The position numbers were made by a program, and so were the translations under genes. Positions 1-9,043 of a DNA stretch of 64,000 bases are shown in pieces (position 1 is the stretch's first letter; each line of letters begins with the position of its first letter). This DNA comes from Desulfatiglandales bacterium (GTDB lineage Bacteria > Desulfobacterota > DSM-4660 > Desulfatiglandales > HGW-15): assembly GCA_963667015.2 (NCBI GenBank), contig CAXXJJ010000004.1, positions 864,001-928,000 of the forward strand, read 5' to 3'. The notes under the pieces were generated by a model, which was given only the letters and a program-made list of their open reading frames with translations, had not been told where the DNA came from and made no database searches.

Positions 1-810
1 CAGATAATCATCATCTCTCGGATTAAGTTGATTTAAAGTTGTGAACTCTGCGTCGATAGGGGCTTGTAACTGTGGGTGTGTCGCTCCTCCGAATACTCCT
101 AAAGCTGCTTTGATCTGTTCGGAATATATTATCTGCTTAACAATGGGGTCCTGATAATCCATCCGGAGCTTAAAGCGTAAAACAAGGAAAGGGTTTTTGA
201 GTTCTTCCATGGTATATTCGGATTTTACATGGAATAAGCTTCTAATTACTCTGTTTTTTGCGCCGGTCTCACATAGTTTTAACTGATGCTGACGCTTTGC
301 CCGGAAATCACGATTTACACAATAGGTAACATAGTCTCTTTTTTCTTTCTCTGTTTTATCGTCATAATCTCGTGCTTTCTCTTCATATTGGGCCTTAAGA
401 TCGTCTTTTAATACTTCCAGATCCAAATCATAATATCCTGCTTCCTGATAAATATCTCCATCCGCTTTTAATACGCCGCCCACTGCCCGAAATGTTGTAA
501 TGCCGTTATCCCTCATTAAACCTGACTGAACTGAATCCCATTTCACCGCGCCTGCAATAGCCACTTTCCTGAGAGCTGATGCGTGTAATCTATATTTCTG
601 GAACTTACTTTTTCCAGTTCCAGATGAAGAACCCGGATATATTTCTTTTCCATTCTGAATGTCCGTGGATACATAGAGCGTTTCAAGAACAGGCTCGAAA
701 AGAGAATTTTCAGGTTTTTCTAAAGGGATTGATGGTATCAGTAAATTGTATTTATTCTTTTTTGCATCGTCGATTTTTTCTAATGCAAGATCGTATTTAT
801 CTTTTGACAT
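1..810 (-). CDS. Phage early protein, runs off the left edge; possibly recombination-related
   Basis: ATG at 810 with GGAGG SD; open to position 1 (MSKDKYDLALEK...LCETGAKNRVIRSLF...). Missing from the ORF track because there is no stop in the window. Confidence 0.75.
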   Translation of the reverse strand, partial: MSKDKYDLALEKIDDAKKNKYNLLIPSIPLEKPENSLFEPVLETLYVSTDIQNGKEIYPGSSSGTGKSKFQKYRLHASALRKVAIAGAVKWDSVQSGLMRDNGITTFRAVGGVLKADGDIYQEAGYYDLDLEVLKDDLKAQYEEKARDYDDKTEKEKRDYVTYCVNRDFRAKRQHQLKLCETGAKNRVIRSLFHVKSEYTMEELKNPFLVLRFKLRMDYQDPIVKQIIYSEQIKAALGVFGGATHPQLQAPIDAEFTTLNQLNPRDDDYL

Positions 811-1226
811 TGTGCTGCCTCCATTTTTTAAATACCCCTTCCCCCGCTGAAAACTGGCATCTTTGATTCCGAATCTTTTGATTGTTGTAGGTGCCGACAG
901 ATCAGGGGAAAGGGGAATAAACCGCGCCCTGGTGCTATTGAGTAGGAAAATTGAATTTTTACTTTGAAGGGGTTCCTCCTTTCGTTTGTCCATGCGGACG
1001 GTAAAAGATTAATAATGTGTTGAGTTGAGCACGGTGAATTTTATACTGTTGAAATCGTGTCCCGGTTATCGGCAATAAAACCTTTAAACCTTGCCCCTGA
1101 CCCCGCTACCCCCTCCCTGCACAATAGCTAGCCAGGTAAAAAGATACACGGGACACGATTAATACTGGAAGCTACCTCCTGTCGGACCGCTCCTAAAATC
1201 TTCCTCGCCACTCGCCGCCAGTATGA

Positions 1227-1496
1227 TTAAACAAACTCCACTTCATCAATTCCCATAAAACAATGGTCAAAAGTGCCATCCCATATTTCACAGCGTGAAC
1301 CGGAGATCTGTACAGCTTCGATATTGAACTCATGACCTTTTAATGATGGTCTTGAACTTCCGAAAGGCTGACCGGTATAATCGGATATGATTTTTACCCT
1401 TTTCCCTTTCAATAGAACCACAGCATGATTTTGTAGGCCGTTAATTCTACAAGAGATTTTAGCTATCTGATCTTTTATGGCTTTATCTTTTGACAT
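1227..1496 (-). CDS. Phage hypothetical protein
   Basis: 89-aa ORF in the leftward early operon, just downstream of the tRNA. Confidence 0.7.
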   Translation of the reverse strand: MSKDKAIKDQIAKISCRINGLQNHAVVLLKGKRVKIISDYTGQPFGSSRPSLKGHEFNIEAVQISGSRCEIWDGTFDHCFMGIDEVEFV

Positions 1497-1515
1497 ATTG
1501 CACTCATTGTTTTGA

Positions 1516-1590
1516 TGGTAGCGGGTAGCAGATTCGAACTGCTGATGTTGGGATATGAGCCCAATGCCTTAACCTCTTGGCGAACCCGCA
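1516..1590 (-). tRNA. Phage tRNA with CAT anticodon, initiator (fMet)-like
   Basis: Reverse complement TGCGGGTTCGCCAAGAGGTTAAGGCATTGGGCTCATATCCCAACATCAGCAGTTCGAATCTGCTACCCGCTACCA folds as a cloverleaf with encoded CCA, a 1:72 mismatch and three G-C pairs in the anticodon stem. Confidence 0.9.
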
Positions 1591-1795
1591 GAATAAGCTT
1601 CCGCCCTTTAAATTACATTCCGTAATTCTTAAAATTTTACTGATTTAATTCCTGGATTCTTAAAACCTGATATCCCATGCCATAGGGCTTAACGCTGTCT
1701 GATCATTTAAGATCGGGCTTTATTAACATAGCGGCGATACCCTGGGATCGTCCTGGACGGGTCTTTGAGAATTGCCGGTGGTTAATACGTGATAA

Positions 1796-1847
1796 AGAAT
1801 ACACAACAATAGTTGTATTGTCAATATCTGATACAACTTTTATTGTA
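1796..1847 (-). promoter_or_regulatory. Leftward early promoter (PL-like) with operators
   Basis: Minus-strand TTGACA (1824-1819), 17 nt, TATTCT (1801-1796). Palindrome CAACAATAGTTG at 1804-1815 lies in the spacer; a variant CAACTTTTATTG follows at about 1834-1845. Confidence 0.7.
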
Positions 1848-1887
1848 TTTTCCTTGAATAAAAAAATAATTGAGGTAGAATTGGGGG

Positions 1888-1946
1888 AAGTAACGCGCAG
1901 GTTAACCGCGTGAGCGTAGCGAATCCGGTTGAACCTGATGTTATGT
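1888..1946 (-). repeat. attC-like integron recombination site
   Basis: Minus strand ACATAAC-ATCAGGTT-C-AACCG...CGGTT-AACCTG-CGC-GTTACTT: TAAC/GTTA R boxes, L boxes and an extrahelical C. Confidence 0.65.
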
Positions 1947-1959
1947 GATGAGGTTGTTT

Positions 1960-2190
1960 ATGGATAACAATATTAATGAACATAAATTTATTTTAACTCC
2001 TGAAATTAAGGAATTCTTTGAAAAATTCTCCACGCTTCAACGTTCTGAGTTTATTGAGATGGTAGACTGGGATACTTTCGATGTACTTTTGGCGTCCGCT
2101 TTGGGTAATTCGAACCAGGGGCATGCAGCAGATTTAAAAAATCTTTTAACCGATGTATGGGAAAATCAAATACATCATTACTATCTTTAA
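1960..2190 (+). CDS. Hypothetical protein between two attC-like sites
   Basis: GAGG SD before ATG 1960; 76 aa. Confidence 0.6.
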   Translation: MDNNINEHKFILTPEIKEFFEKFSTLQRSEFIEMVDWDTFDVLLASALGNSNQGHAADLKNLLTDVWENQIHHYYL

Positions 2191-2232
2191 CCGCGGCAAG
2201 TTTATTTTTATCATCTTTTTCCATGGTTTTCT

Positions 2233-2288
2233 CGCTAACGTGAAATCAGGCGCGAAGTCGTTCCCGTCGCCTGATTTTGATGTTAATA
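2233..2288. repeat. Second, more degenerate attC-like site
   Basis: CGCTAAC-GTG-AAATCAGGCG-N15-CGCCTGATTT-TGAT-GTTAATA; no extrahelical base. Confidence 0.5.
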
Positions 2289-2325
2289 TGAGATCAGGAC
2301 ACTAAATAGATTTTCATCTTCATTA

Positions 2326-2913
2326 CTATTCCAGACTATTTAGAAAATCTTTCATTGAGTTCCGAGGTTCCGGAAAACCGTTAAATAATGTCACAATAAA
2401 GTCCTTAAAATATAAAGATATGTCATCTGAATATGATTTTTTAATGGAAACGCTGCCCTCCCATACAATGTTATTTTGCAGACCAATGGCACCTGTCTCA
2501 AATATTGAAACGCTAAAAGAATGAGTGAATGTTCTATCAATACCCGGAGAAGTATCATAATTATAACTCATTACATATTTTGCGTTTTTTTGTTCAGATT
2601 GAATAAATAAAGGATAAAGACCGCGTTTGTTTACCTGCATTTCAAGTGCAATATTTTGTTCAAGGAATCTATGTCTAATCTTCCTTACATCTTCGGTTTC
2701 GGTGAAAAATATCGGAGAGTATGTAAGGTAATAGGTTCCATTTATTTCGCCATTAATTCGCTTAAAAGATAATAAATGAGGAATTTTATCATTAAATTCG
2801 AGACGATCCATTTGATATTTATAATAAGATGCTGGTTTTGATGGCTTACCACATTGTGCAAATAATGTTAAAAATAGAAATATCAAAATAGATTTAAGAA
2901 AATACCTTTTCAT
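2326..2913 (-). CDS. Putative lipoprotein (moron, DUF4136-like)
   Basis: Signal peptide ending LFAQ-C; AT-rich; downstream of cI. Confidence 0.7.
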   Translation of the reverse strand: MKRYFLKSILIFLFLTLFAQCGKPSKPASYYKYQMDRLEFNDKIPHLLSFKRINGEINGTYYLTYSPIFFTETEDVRKIRHRFLEQNIALEMQVNKRGLYPLFIQSEQKNAKYVMSYNYDTSPGIDRTFTHSFSVSIFETGAIGLQNNIVWEGSVSIKKSYSDDISLYFKDFIVTLFNGFPEPRNSMKDFLNSLE

Positions 2914-2915
2914 GA

Positions 2916-3431
2916 TTAATCTCCATTAAGTTGTATCCTATTACCATTTCTATCCCAACCTCTTTTCTCAAGGCGTTTTAACATTTCTGGTAGTAATTTA
3001 TTTGAAATTCTTTGTTCCATTTTTGGTATAAGTGGCTGTAAATATTCCTGCATATTTTGAGCCAACTTAGAAAATTTTTTACCTACAGGGCTTTTATAAA
3101 ACTCTAACAGTTCTATCAACTCACTTTCTGTAAAATCATTAAATATTGGATTTAACGTATCGAAAATACCACCTGGCGCCCAGAAATCATTAATTATTAC
3201 ATCGATCCAAACATCCTTAAAATCTTTCTTAAACTCTTCAGATAGATTATATTTCTGACCAAGGTTTTTAAGTGATATTTGAGCTTGAATATCGATAATA
3301 CCCTTCATCCCTTTAACTACTCCACTATATTCAAGGTATTGCCTAATAAGGTCTGAACGATCTACTGAGTAAGCCGGGACCGATAATATTATTGTAAGAA
3401 GGATTGTAAAAAGGAAGATTTGTTTTTTCAT
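2916..3431 (-). CDS. Secreted DUF2059-like protein (moron)
   Basis: Signal peptide and FTESELIELLEFYKSPVGKK motif. Confidence 0.75.
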   Translation of the reverse strand: MKKQIFLFTILLTIILSVPAYSVDRSDLIRQYLEYSGVVKGMKGIIDIQAQISLKNLGQKYNLSEEFKKDFKDVWIDVIINDFWAPGGIFDTLNPIFNDFTESELIELLEFYKSPVGKKFSKLAQNMQEYLQPLIPKMEQRISNKLLPEMLKRLEKRGWDRNGNRIQLNGD

Positions 3432-3531
3432 AGTTATTCTCTGTTATTTTTTATATTGATTTTAGACTATATATCGGAATTGATATAAGGTATGTTAAAT
3501 TTTTTTACTACATTTACAACCTCTATATTCA

Positions 3532-3951
3532 TTAATGGGAATTATTTTTCTTCTCGATATCTGTTTTTTTTATAGACTCAAGCTCAATAATCCTGGCTTC
3601 GAGCAATTTAATAGCAATTTTACAAAGGTTTGATTCATCGATATTTTTATCAGCCATATCATTAATTTGAGGCGCTATTTTTTCTATAATTTTATATTTA
3701 TCAATGGTTTGTGGAGTAAATATTGTATCTCCTGGATCTGCTGTTTTACCGGTTAAGAGCCAGTCAACAGATTTTCCTGAGACATAAGATATCAACAATA
3801 ATTTATCACAACCAGGAATGCTTCCTTTTAAATATTTACGAAATAATTGATCTGATATTCCAGCTTTTCTTGCGAACTCTGCTGGATTATTCCCGGCGAT
3901 ATCGTTGAGTCGTTTTATGAATTCGTCTTTCCAACTATTTTTTAATTCCAT
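3532..3951 (-). CDS. Prophage CI-like repressor (XRE HTH)
   Basis: AEFARKAGIS...YLKGSIP...SVDWLLTG; divergent from a cro-like gene. Confidence 0.85.
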   Translation of the reverse strand: MELKNSWKDEFIKRLNDIAGNNPAEFARKAGISDQLFRKYLKGSIPGCDKLLLISYVSGKSVDWLLTGKTADPGDTIFTPQTIDKYKIIEKIAPQINDMADKNIDESNLCKIAIKLLEARIIELESIKKTDIEKKNNSH

Positions 3952-3952
3952 A

Positions 3953-3982
3953 TTGACAAAATCAACTTTAGTTGTGTATCAT
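3953..3982 (+). promoter_or_regulatory. Rightward early promoter (PR-like) with operator
   Basis: TTGACA (3953), 18 nt, TATCAT (3977). Palindrome CAACTTTAGTTG at 3963-3974 matches the PL operator. Confidence 0.7.
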
Positions 3983-3989
3983 CTCCTAC

Positions 3990-4223
3990 ATGATAAGAAC
4001 CGAATGTATAGAGATGATGAAAAGGTTAGGGATCTCATCAAGGGAGTACCTGGCAGAACAGATTTCCAATGATGAGGATCCGGTTAATGTCAGGTCATTA
4101 TGCATGGCGCTGACAGGTTACAGAAAAGGCGACCGGTATAAACAAATACTTAATCGCCTTCATACATTTTTAAGAGGCCGGATGGACTTGCTTTATCCGC
4201 CAGAGAAAAACCAGCCACAATAA
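3990..4223 (+). CDS. Cro-like regulator
   Basis: Small HTH-like ORF divergent from cI; ATG is 7 nt after the -10, so probably leaderless. Confidence 0.7.
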   Translation: MIRTECIEMMKRLGISSREYLAEQISNDEDPVNVRSLCMALTGYRKGDRYKQILNRLHTFLRGRMDLLYPPEKNQPQ

Positions 4224-4249
4224 TAAACGGGGGCCAAGTCCCCCAATAA

Positions 4250-4313
4250 AGCAGGGGGATATATATGGATACATTCCTCCCCAGGATCAATCCGATATCT
4301 CCCTGCTATTTTT
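4250..4313 (+). terminator. Long hairpin with U tract after cro (tR1-like)
   Basis: AGCAGGGGGATAT...ATATCTCCCTGCT followed by ATTTTT. Confidence 0.55.
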
Positions 4314-4359
4314 ACAGAACTATTTGATTTTATCAACCTTTCTTTTAAGGGGTCTTTTC

Positions 4360-4578
4360 ATGGTTCAACAAAGCAAATCAGAGATATTAAACTGCAGATA
4401 TGAAGACGGTGAAGAGCTACAGCGTATTAAAGAGTTCTGTTTTAAAAATGATCTTACAAAATCTGACCTGGTTAGAAAAGCTATTGATAAATACATCCGT
4501 GAATATCCTCATCAAGATAAAATTGAAATGTTGATCTATTGGCTTGATGATAATAAAGACAAAATTGTCTGTCCGTAA
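4360..4578 (+). CDS. Ribbon-helix-helix regulator
   Basis: LTKSDLVRKAIDKY motif. Confidence 0.7.
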   Translation: MVQQSKSEILNCRYEDGEELQRIKEFCFKNDLTKSDLVRKAIDKYIREYPHQDKIEMLIYWLDDNKDKIVCP

Positions 4579-4626
4579 AACAGGCGTAAAATCTTGTTTT
4601 ACCAAGATATTGTATTTCGGTGAAGA

Positions 4627-5259
4627 ATGACGACACAAAATATTGTTGAAAAATGCATTCATGGTATTCTTCCAGTTACCTGCTCAATATGTAAAGGCAA
4701 ACCCGCAACAAAAGATAAACCTCCACTTGACCACATTGTAAATCGTAATCAAAGCACAGAATCAAGCAATGTTCTTGATAATTTACCGGCCGAAGATCTG
4801 CCTTCAACAATCGGATCGGACAATTCAGGCAGTTTATCAGCTGCTGAGGACTCCGAACCTGATCATAAAGATCAGTCAAATGATGAAAAATTAACCACTC
4901 CCATCCCGGGAGAAGACCAAAAAAATCAAGATGAGGATAAGAAGATGAAAAAAGTATGTCTTATTTGTGGAGGTAAGCATAAGGCCCAGGACTTATGTGA
5001 TATGCATTATCGTCACTGGAGACAAGGAAGGATTGATCATCCAGTGTTAGGGCCGTGGAAACTCTCTGAAAATGGAAAAAGAATAAAGGAGGGTAAAGAA
5101 AAAAAACATATAATAAAGCCCCTGAGTGAAAACACCCTGCTTGCAGAGGCCCGAAAAAGAATTAAAGAACTGGGCACGTTAGCAGATGCGCTGATTATTG
5201 TTGGTGACGGGGATCAGGTAAAGAAAGAAATCGGGCTGCTTGCTCAGAGGTATGCATGA
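4627..5259 (+). CDS. Phage protein with Cys/His zinc-finger motifs
   Basis: CIHG..CSIC and CLIC..LCDMHY motifs. Confidence 0.7.
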   Translation: MTTQNIVEKCIHGILPVTCSICKGKPATKDKPPLDHIVNRNQSTESSNVLDNLPAEDLPSTIGSDNSGSLSAAEDSEPDHKDQSNDEKLTTPIPGEDQKNQDEDKKMKKVCLICGGKHKAQDLCDMHYRHWRQGRIDHPVLGPWKLSENGKRIKEGKEKKHIIKPLSENTLLAEARKRIKELGTLADALIIVGDGDQVKKEIGLLAQRYA

Positions 5260-5360
5260 TATCAATCCAATATCATCGGCGTTTAATGATTTCAAGAAGC
5301 GGTTTTTTGGCCAGGGCTGGTAAAAGGAAAAAGACTGGGAAGTAAGGAGATTTATTTTTA

Positions 5361-6293
5361 ATGGCAAGGCCTGAATCGCATACAGTTCCATATTTCCCAT
5401 TTTTTATTAAAGATGGAAAAACCCTGCATGTACTGGAGGATAAATATAAATGTAAGGGCACGGGTTTTTTTACCAATGTATTAAGATTTTTATCAGACAG
5501 GACAGATCATCATTTCCAGATAAAAGATCCTGGAGATCGTTTATGGTTTTTTTCAAAGACTTTATGTGATGAAGAATCTGGATTGGACATGATTAATATT
5601 ATGGTGCAGACCGGAAAACTTGACCGTGAACTCTGGGAAAAGGAAATGGTTTTAGCATCAAAGGATTTTCTTGATAGTCTCAAAAAAGCATATGATAAAA
5701 GATCAAATAAATGCATCACTATTGATCAAATAAAAAGCATTTACCTAGTTTCCGGCACCGGAAACTCTTGTGTTGCGGGGTTTCCGGTGCCGGAAACCCC
5801 TGACAGCGGGTTTTCTTCCACCGATAACCCACAAAGTAAAGTAAAGAAAAGTAAAGTAAAGAACCCCCTTACCCCCTTAAATAAATCAGAACAAAAATTA
5901 TTTGAAAAATTTTGGAATGAATACCCTAAGAAAAAATCCAAAGGCCAGGCAGAAAAAACCTGGGCAAAGATCAATCCTGACGAGCAGCTGGTAGAGACAA
6001 TGATCTCCACAATCCGGCGGGCCAAGAAATCAGAAGATTGGAAAAAAGAAAAGGGTAAATTCATTCCTCACCCTTCAACATGGCTGAACGCTAAAGGTTG
6101 GGAAGATGATTTTTCCGATAATGAGCAGGATCAGCAGGGTAAGAGCATGGAAGATCAGGTCAAATGCACAAAATGTAAAATACGGGCACCTATTCCAGGC
6201 GATGAACTTTGCCTTGAGTGTTTTAATATTGAGTTCCCGGATAGAAGAAAGCAGGTAAGTGATTTAATTAAGAAATCGATAGGAAATATGTGA
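5361..6293 (+). CDS. Phage replication initiator (DUF4373/Lin1244-like)
   Basis: N-terminal VPYFP..G.GFF; FEKFWNEYPKK..KAW and FIPHPSTWLN motifs. Confidence 0.85.
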   Translation: MARPESHTVPYFPFFIKDGKTLHVLEDKYKCKGTGFFTNVLRFLSDRTDHHFQIKDPGDRLWFFSKTLCDEESGLDMINIMVQTGKLDRELWEKEMVLASKDFLDSLKKAYDKRSNKCITIDQIKSIYLVSGTGNSCVAGFPVPETPDSGFSSTDNPQSKVKKSKVKNPLTPLNKSEQKLFEKFWNEYPKKKSKGQAEKTWAKINPDEQLVETMISTIRRAKKSEDWKKEKGKFIPHPSTWLNAKGWEDDFSDNEQDQQGKSMEDQVKCTKCKIRAPIPGDELCLECFNIEFPDRRKQVSDLIKKSIGNM

Positions 6294-6715
6294 TGAGTAG
6301 AACCGGCTTACATTGGTCTGAAGAGGAAGCGAAAAGGAGACTGGGTAAAAATTATGTGCCTCCGGTGAAAAAAGAAAAGCCTCATGCTCTCCCTGGGCCG
6401 GTATCTGATGCATTTGTTGACCGGTTTAAAAATCAGTGGGAGCGTGATTATGCTTCTTACCTCGAACAGCTCAGGCTTCTTCATCAGATTGAGTGGTGGG
6501 CATACGAATCATGGGGCTTCAGGTTGGCTGATAATACGTATATTTACCCTGATTTTGCTATCTGTTTTCCTGATCATATTGAAATTCATGACACTAAAGG
6601 AGAATTGAAAGCCCAGTGGTGGGCCAAATTTAAAATTTTGAAAGAGTTATTTCCGATGTTCCGATATGCGACTGTGAAAAAGGTTTCCGGTGAATGGGTT
6701 GTGAAATATGTCTAA
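6290..6715 (+). CDS. DUF1064-like endonuclease
   Basis: YYPDF-like YIYPDF...HDTKG motif. Confidence 0.7.
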   Translation: MMSRTGLHWSEEEAKRRLGKNYVPPVKKEKPHALPGPVSDAFVDRFKNQWERDYASYLEQLRLLHQIEWWAYESWGFRLADNTYIYPDFAICFPDHIEIHDTKGELKAQWWAKFKILKELFPMFRYATVKKVSGEWVVKYV

Positions 6716-6932
6716 TGAGATCTTAAACGGTTTAAAAGAAATACGTGAATACTGGGACCCGTATATGTCTGAGGCGTATTTTAAAAAGCATATATTACCT
6801 GTTATCAGAGAACACCTATTCACAAGAGACGGATATAAAGGGAAGAGGAAGGAGAATATACCGAGATATTATATTTATAAAACGCTGCTATTATCGATAA
6901 AAATCAGGTACGAGAAAGGAGTGGGAAAATAA
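6708..6932 (+). CDS. Small putative DNA-binding protein (candidate late activator)
   Basis: EILNGLKEIREY start; last early gene before the late promoter. Confidence 0.6.
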   Translation: MSNEILNGLKEIREYWDPYMSEAYFKKHILPVIREHLFTRDGYKGKRKENIPRYYIYKTLLLSIKIRYEKGVGK

Positions 6933-6959
6933 TGCTATAATTTAAAAAAAGATGAAATA

Positions 6960-7015
6960 AAACTATCCTTAAGAAACCATCCTAAAGAAACTATTCTAAA
7001 GAAACCATCCTTAAA
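6960..7015 (+). repeat. Four tandem 14-bp repeats
   Basis: AAACTATCCTTAAG AAACCATCCTAAAG AAACTATTCTAAAG AAACCATCCTTAAA. Confidence 0.9.
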
Positions 7016-7021
7016 GCTTTT

Positions 7022-7049
7022 TTGACAAGTCATTTCAATAGGTTATAAT
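7022..7049 (+). promoter_or_regulatory. Late-operon sigma70 promoter
   Basis: TTGACA, 16 nt, TATAAT, located upstream of the small terminase gene. Confidence 0.75.
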
Positions 7050-7098
7050 CAAGCGCAAGTCATAAGCGAAGCAAAGGCGAGCGTACCCCGGTAAAAGT

Positions 7099-7530
7099 AT
7101 GGAGAAAAAAATCACATCTGAGCAGCTTGCGAAAGATCTTCTTAACCCTTTTAAGGATGTCCTTTTAAAGGGAGGAATAGATGATGACTACCTGATAAAG
7201 CAGCTTAAAAAGGAATTCGAGAATGAAGAGCCAAAGGTAATTAAATCAAGCGGTAAACTTGATTCTCGATCATTACCAAAAAATTACAAGGTAATAGCTA
7301 AGCCAACAAAGGATAACCCTTACGGAGATACAATAATTGAATGCAGGCTTCATAACCTTGGGATCAGTCAGAAAGCCCGGATGGATGTACACAAGCTGCG
7401 CGGGGATTATCCGGCTGAAAAGCATGAGCATACCGGTAAAGACGGCGGACCGATAGAGCATAAACATATACTGGATGAAGAGATTGAAAAGAAAATAAAT
7501 GCAATTTACGACAAGAAAACAGGCTCATGA
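7099..7530 (+). CDS. Terminase small subunit
   Basis: EKHEHTGKDGGPIE motif; precedes terL. Confidence 0.8.
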   Translation: MEKKITSEQLAKDLLNPFKDVLLKGGIDDDYLIKQLKKEFENEEPKVIKSSGKLDSRSLPKNYKVIAKPTKDNPYGDTIIECRLHNLGISQKARMDVHKLRGDYPAEKHEHTGKDGGPIEHKHILDEEIEKKINAIYDKKTGS

Positions 7531-9043
7531 GTTTTATGCTGATATAATGAGCGATGCAAAAAAGAAAGAGCAGGAAAAAGCCGTTATGGCCATGCTCGGT
7601 CGTAAGGATCTTTTCTTTCTATTAATCAGGTTACTCAACAGACATGATATTGATCAGGACTGGCTGTTTGAAAGATGTAAGGAAGTTCAGATCTCACCGA
7701 ACGGGCACCTGGATCTATGGGCCCGGGAGCATTACAAATCAACTATCATCACATTCGGACTTACGATACAGGATGTTCTTAATGATCCTGAAGTAACGAT
7801 CGGAATATTCTCAATAACCAGGCCAAATGCAAAGAAGTTCCTTTGGCAGATCCGGGAAGAATTCACAAAAAATGATGTTTTAAAACATTTATATTCAGAA
7901 ATATTATGGGAAGATCCGGAAAAACAAGCTTCTAAATGGAGTCTGGATGAAGGGATAATAGTAAAAAGGAAACAAAATCCCAAAGAGGGAACCATAGAAG
8001 CTCATGGCCTCGTACGCGGCATGCCTACAGGCAGGCATTTTAAAATAAGAATCTATGATGACGTCATAGATGAAGAGAATGTCACGAATCCGGAAATGAT
8101 AAAGCTTGCTACTCAGCAATGGGAGTTATCTTTAAACCTCGGGTCCACCCAAAAAACAAAAATGTATGATGAAGTTGATATCGAAAGATATATCGGTACC
8201 CGATATCACCTTAATGATCCCTATAATGAAATAATGAAACGCGGAGCTGCTATATCGCGGATACATCCAGGCACAGATAATGGAAAAACAGACGGTAATC
8301 CGGTGTTCTGGAGTAAGGAGCTTATGGCTAAAAAACGCCGTAAGATGGGACCTTATATATTTGCATGCCAAATACTCCAGGATCCAAAGGCCGATGATAA
8401 GCAGGGATTTGATAAAGAGTGGTTAAAATACTGGGGTGTAACGAAAACGAATAATCTTAATATTTACATCGTCTGTGATCCAGCTTCGGAGAAAAAAACA
8501 TCAAGCGATTATACAGTCTTCTGGGTAATAGGCCTGGGGCCTGACGAAAATTATTATTTAATCGATGGAATACGGGACCGACTTTCATTAACAGAGAGAG
8601 CAAAAACTCTTTTCCAGTTACACCGAACATACAAACCACTTGAAGTTGGTTATGAAAAATACGGCATGCAGGCGGATACAGAACATTTTGCAGATAAAAT
8701 GGAGAGAGAAAATTATCGCTTTAACATAACAGAACTCGGAGGGAATATCCCTAAACCTGACAGGATAAAAAAGCTGGTGCCTATCTTCGAACAGGGAAGA
8801 ATGTATATACCTAGGGCATTACATAAAGCTGATTATGAAGGAAAAACCCAAAATTTAATAGATGTGTTTGTGGATGAAGAATACACCATGTTCCCTGTCG
8901 CTTCTCATGACGATATGCTGGATGCAATGGCAAGAATCCTTGACCCAAAACTTGATGCAAATTTTCCGGAAAATAATGGAAATAGAGAAGAGCAACAAAC
9001 CCACGCGGATAACGATTATAATTATTTCAGGAGTGCAGCATGA
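7499..9043 (+). CDS. terL: Terminase large subunit
   Basis: AREHYKST Walker A, IYDD Walker B, CDPA and HDDMLDA nuclease motifs. Confidence 0.95.
   Translation: MQFTTRKQAHEFYADIMSDAKKKEQEKAVMAMLGRKDLFFLLIRLLNRHDIDQDWLFERCKEVQISPNGHLDLWAREHYKSTIITFGLTIQDVLNDPEVTIGIFSITRPNAKKFLWQIREEFTKNDVLKHLYSEILWEDPEKQASKWSLDEGIIVKRKQNPKEGTIEAHGLVRGMPTGRHFKIRIYDDVIDEENVTNPEMIKLATQQWELSLNLGSTQKTKMYDEVDIERYIGTRYHLNDPYNEIMKRGAAISRIHPGTDNGKTDGNPVFWSKELMAKKRRKMGPYIFACQILQDPKADDKQGFDKEWLKYWGVTKTNNLNIYIVCDPASEKKTSSDYTVFWVIGLGPDENYYLIDGIRDRLSLTERAKTLFQLHRTYKPLEVGYEKYGMQADTEHFADKMERENYRFNITELGGNIPKPDRIKKLVPIFEQGRMYIPRALHKADYEGKTQNLIDVFVDEEYTMFPVASHDDMLDAMARILDPKLDANFPENNGNREEQQTHADNDYNYFRSAA

Noticed and set aside
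579..866. Plus-strand 95-aa ORF
   Set aside because: Shadow of the minus-strand gene starting at 810.
830..1225. Hairpin-rich intergenic region as an ncRNA
   Set aside because: Inverted repeats are present (AATCGTGTCCCG / CGGGACACGATT) but I cannot support a family or boundaries.
6960..7015. CRISPR array
   Set aside because: Contiguous repeats with no spacers; no cas genes in the window.
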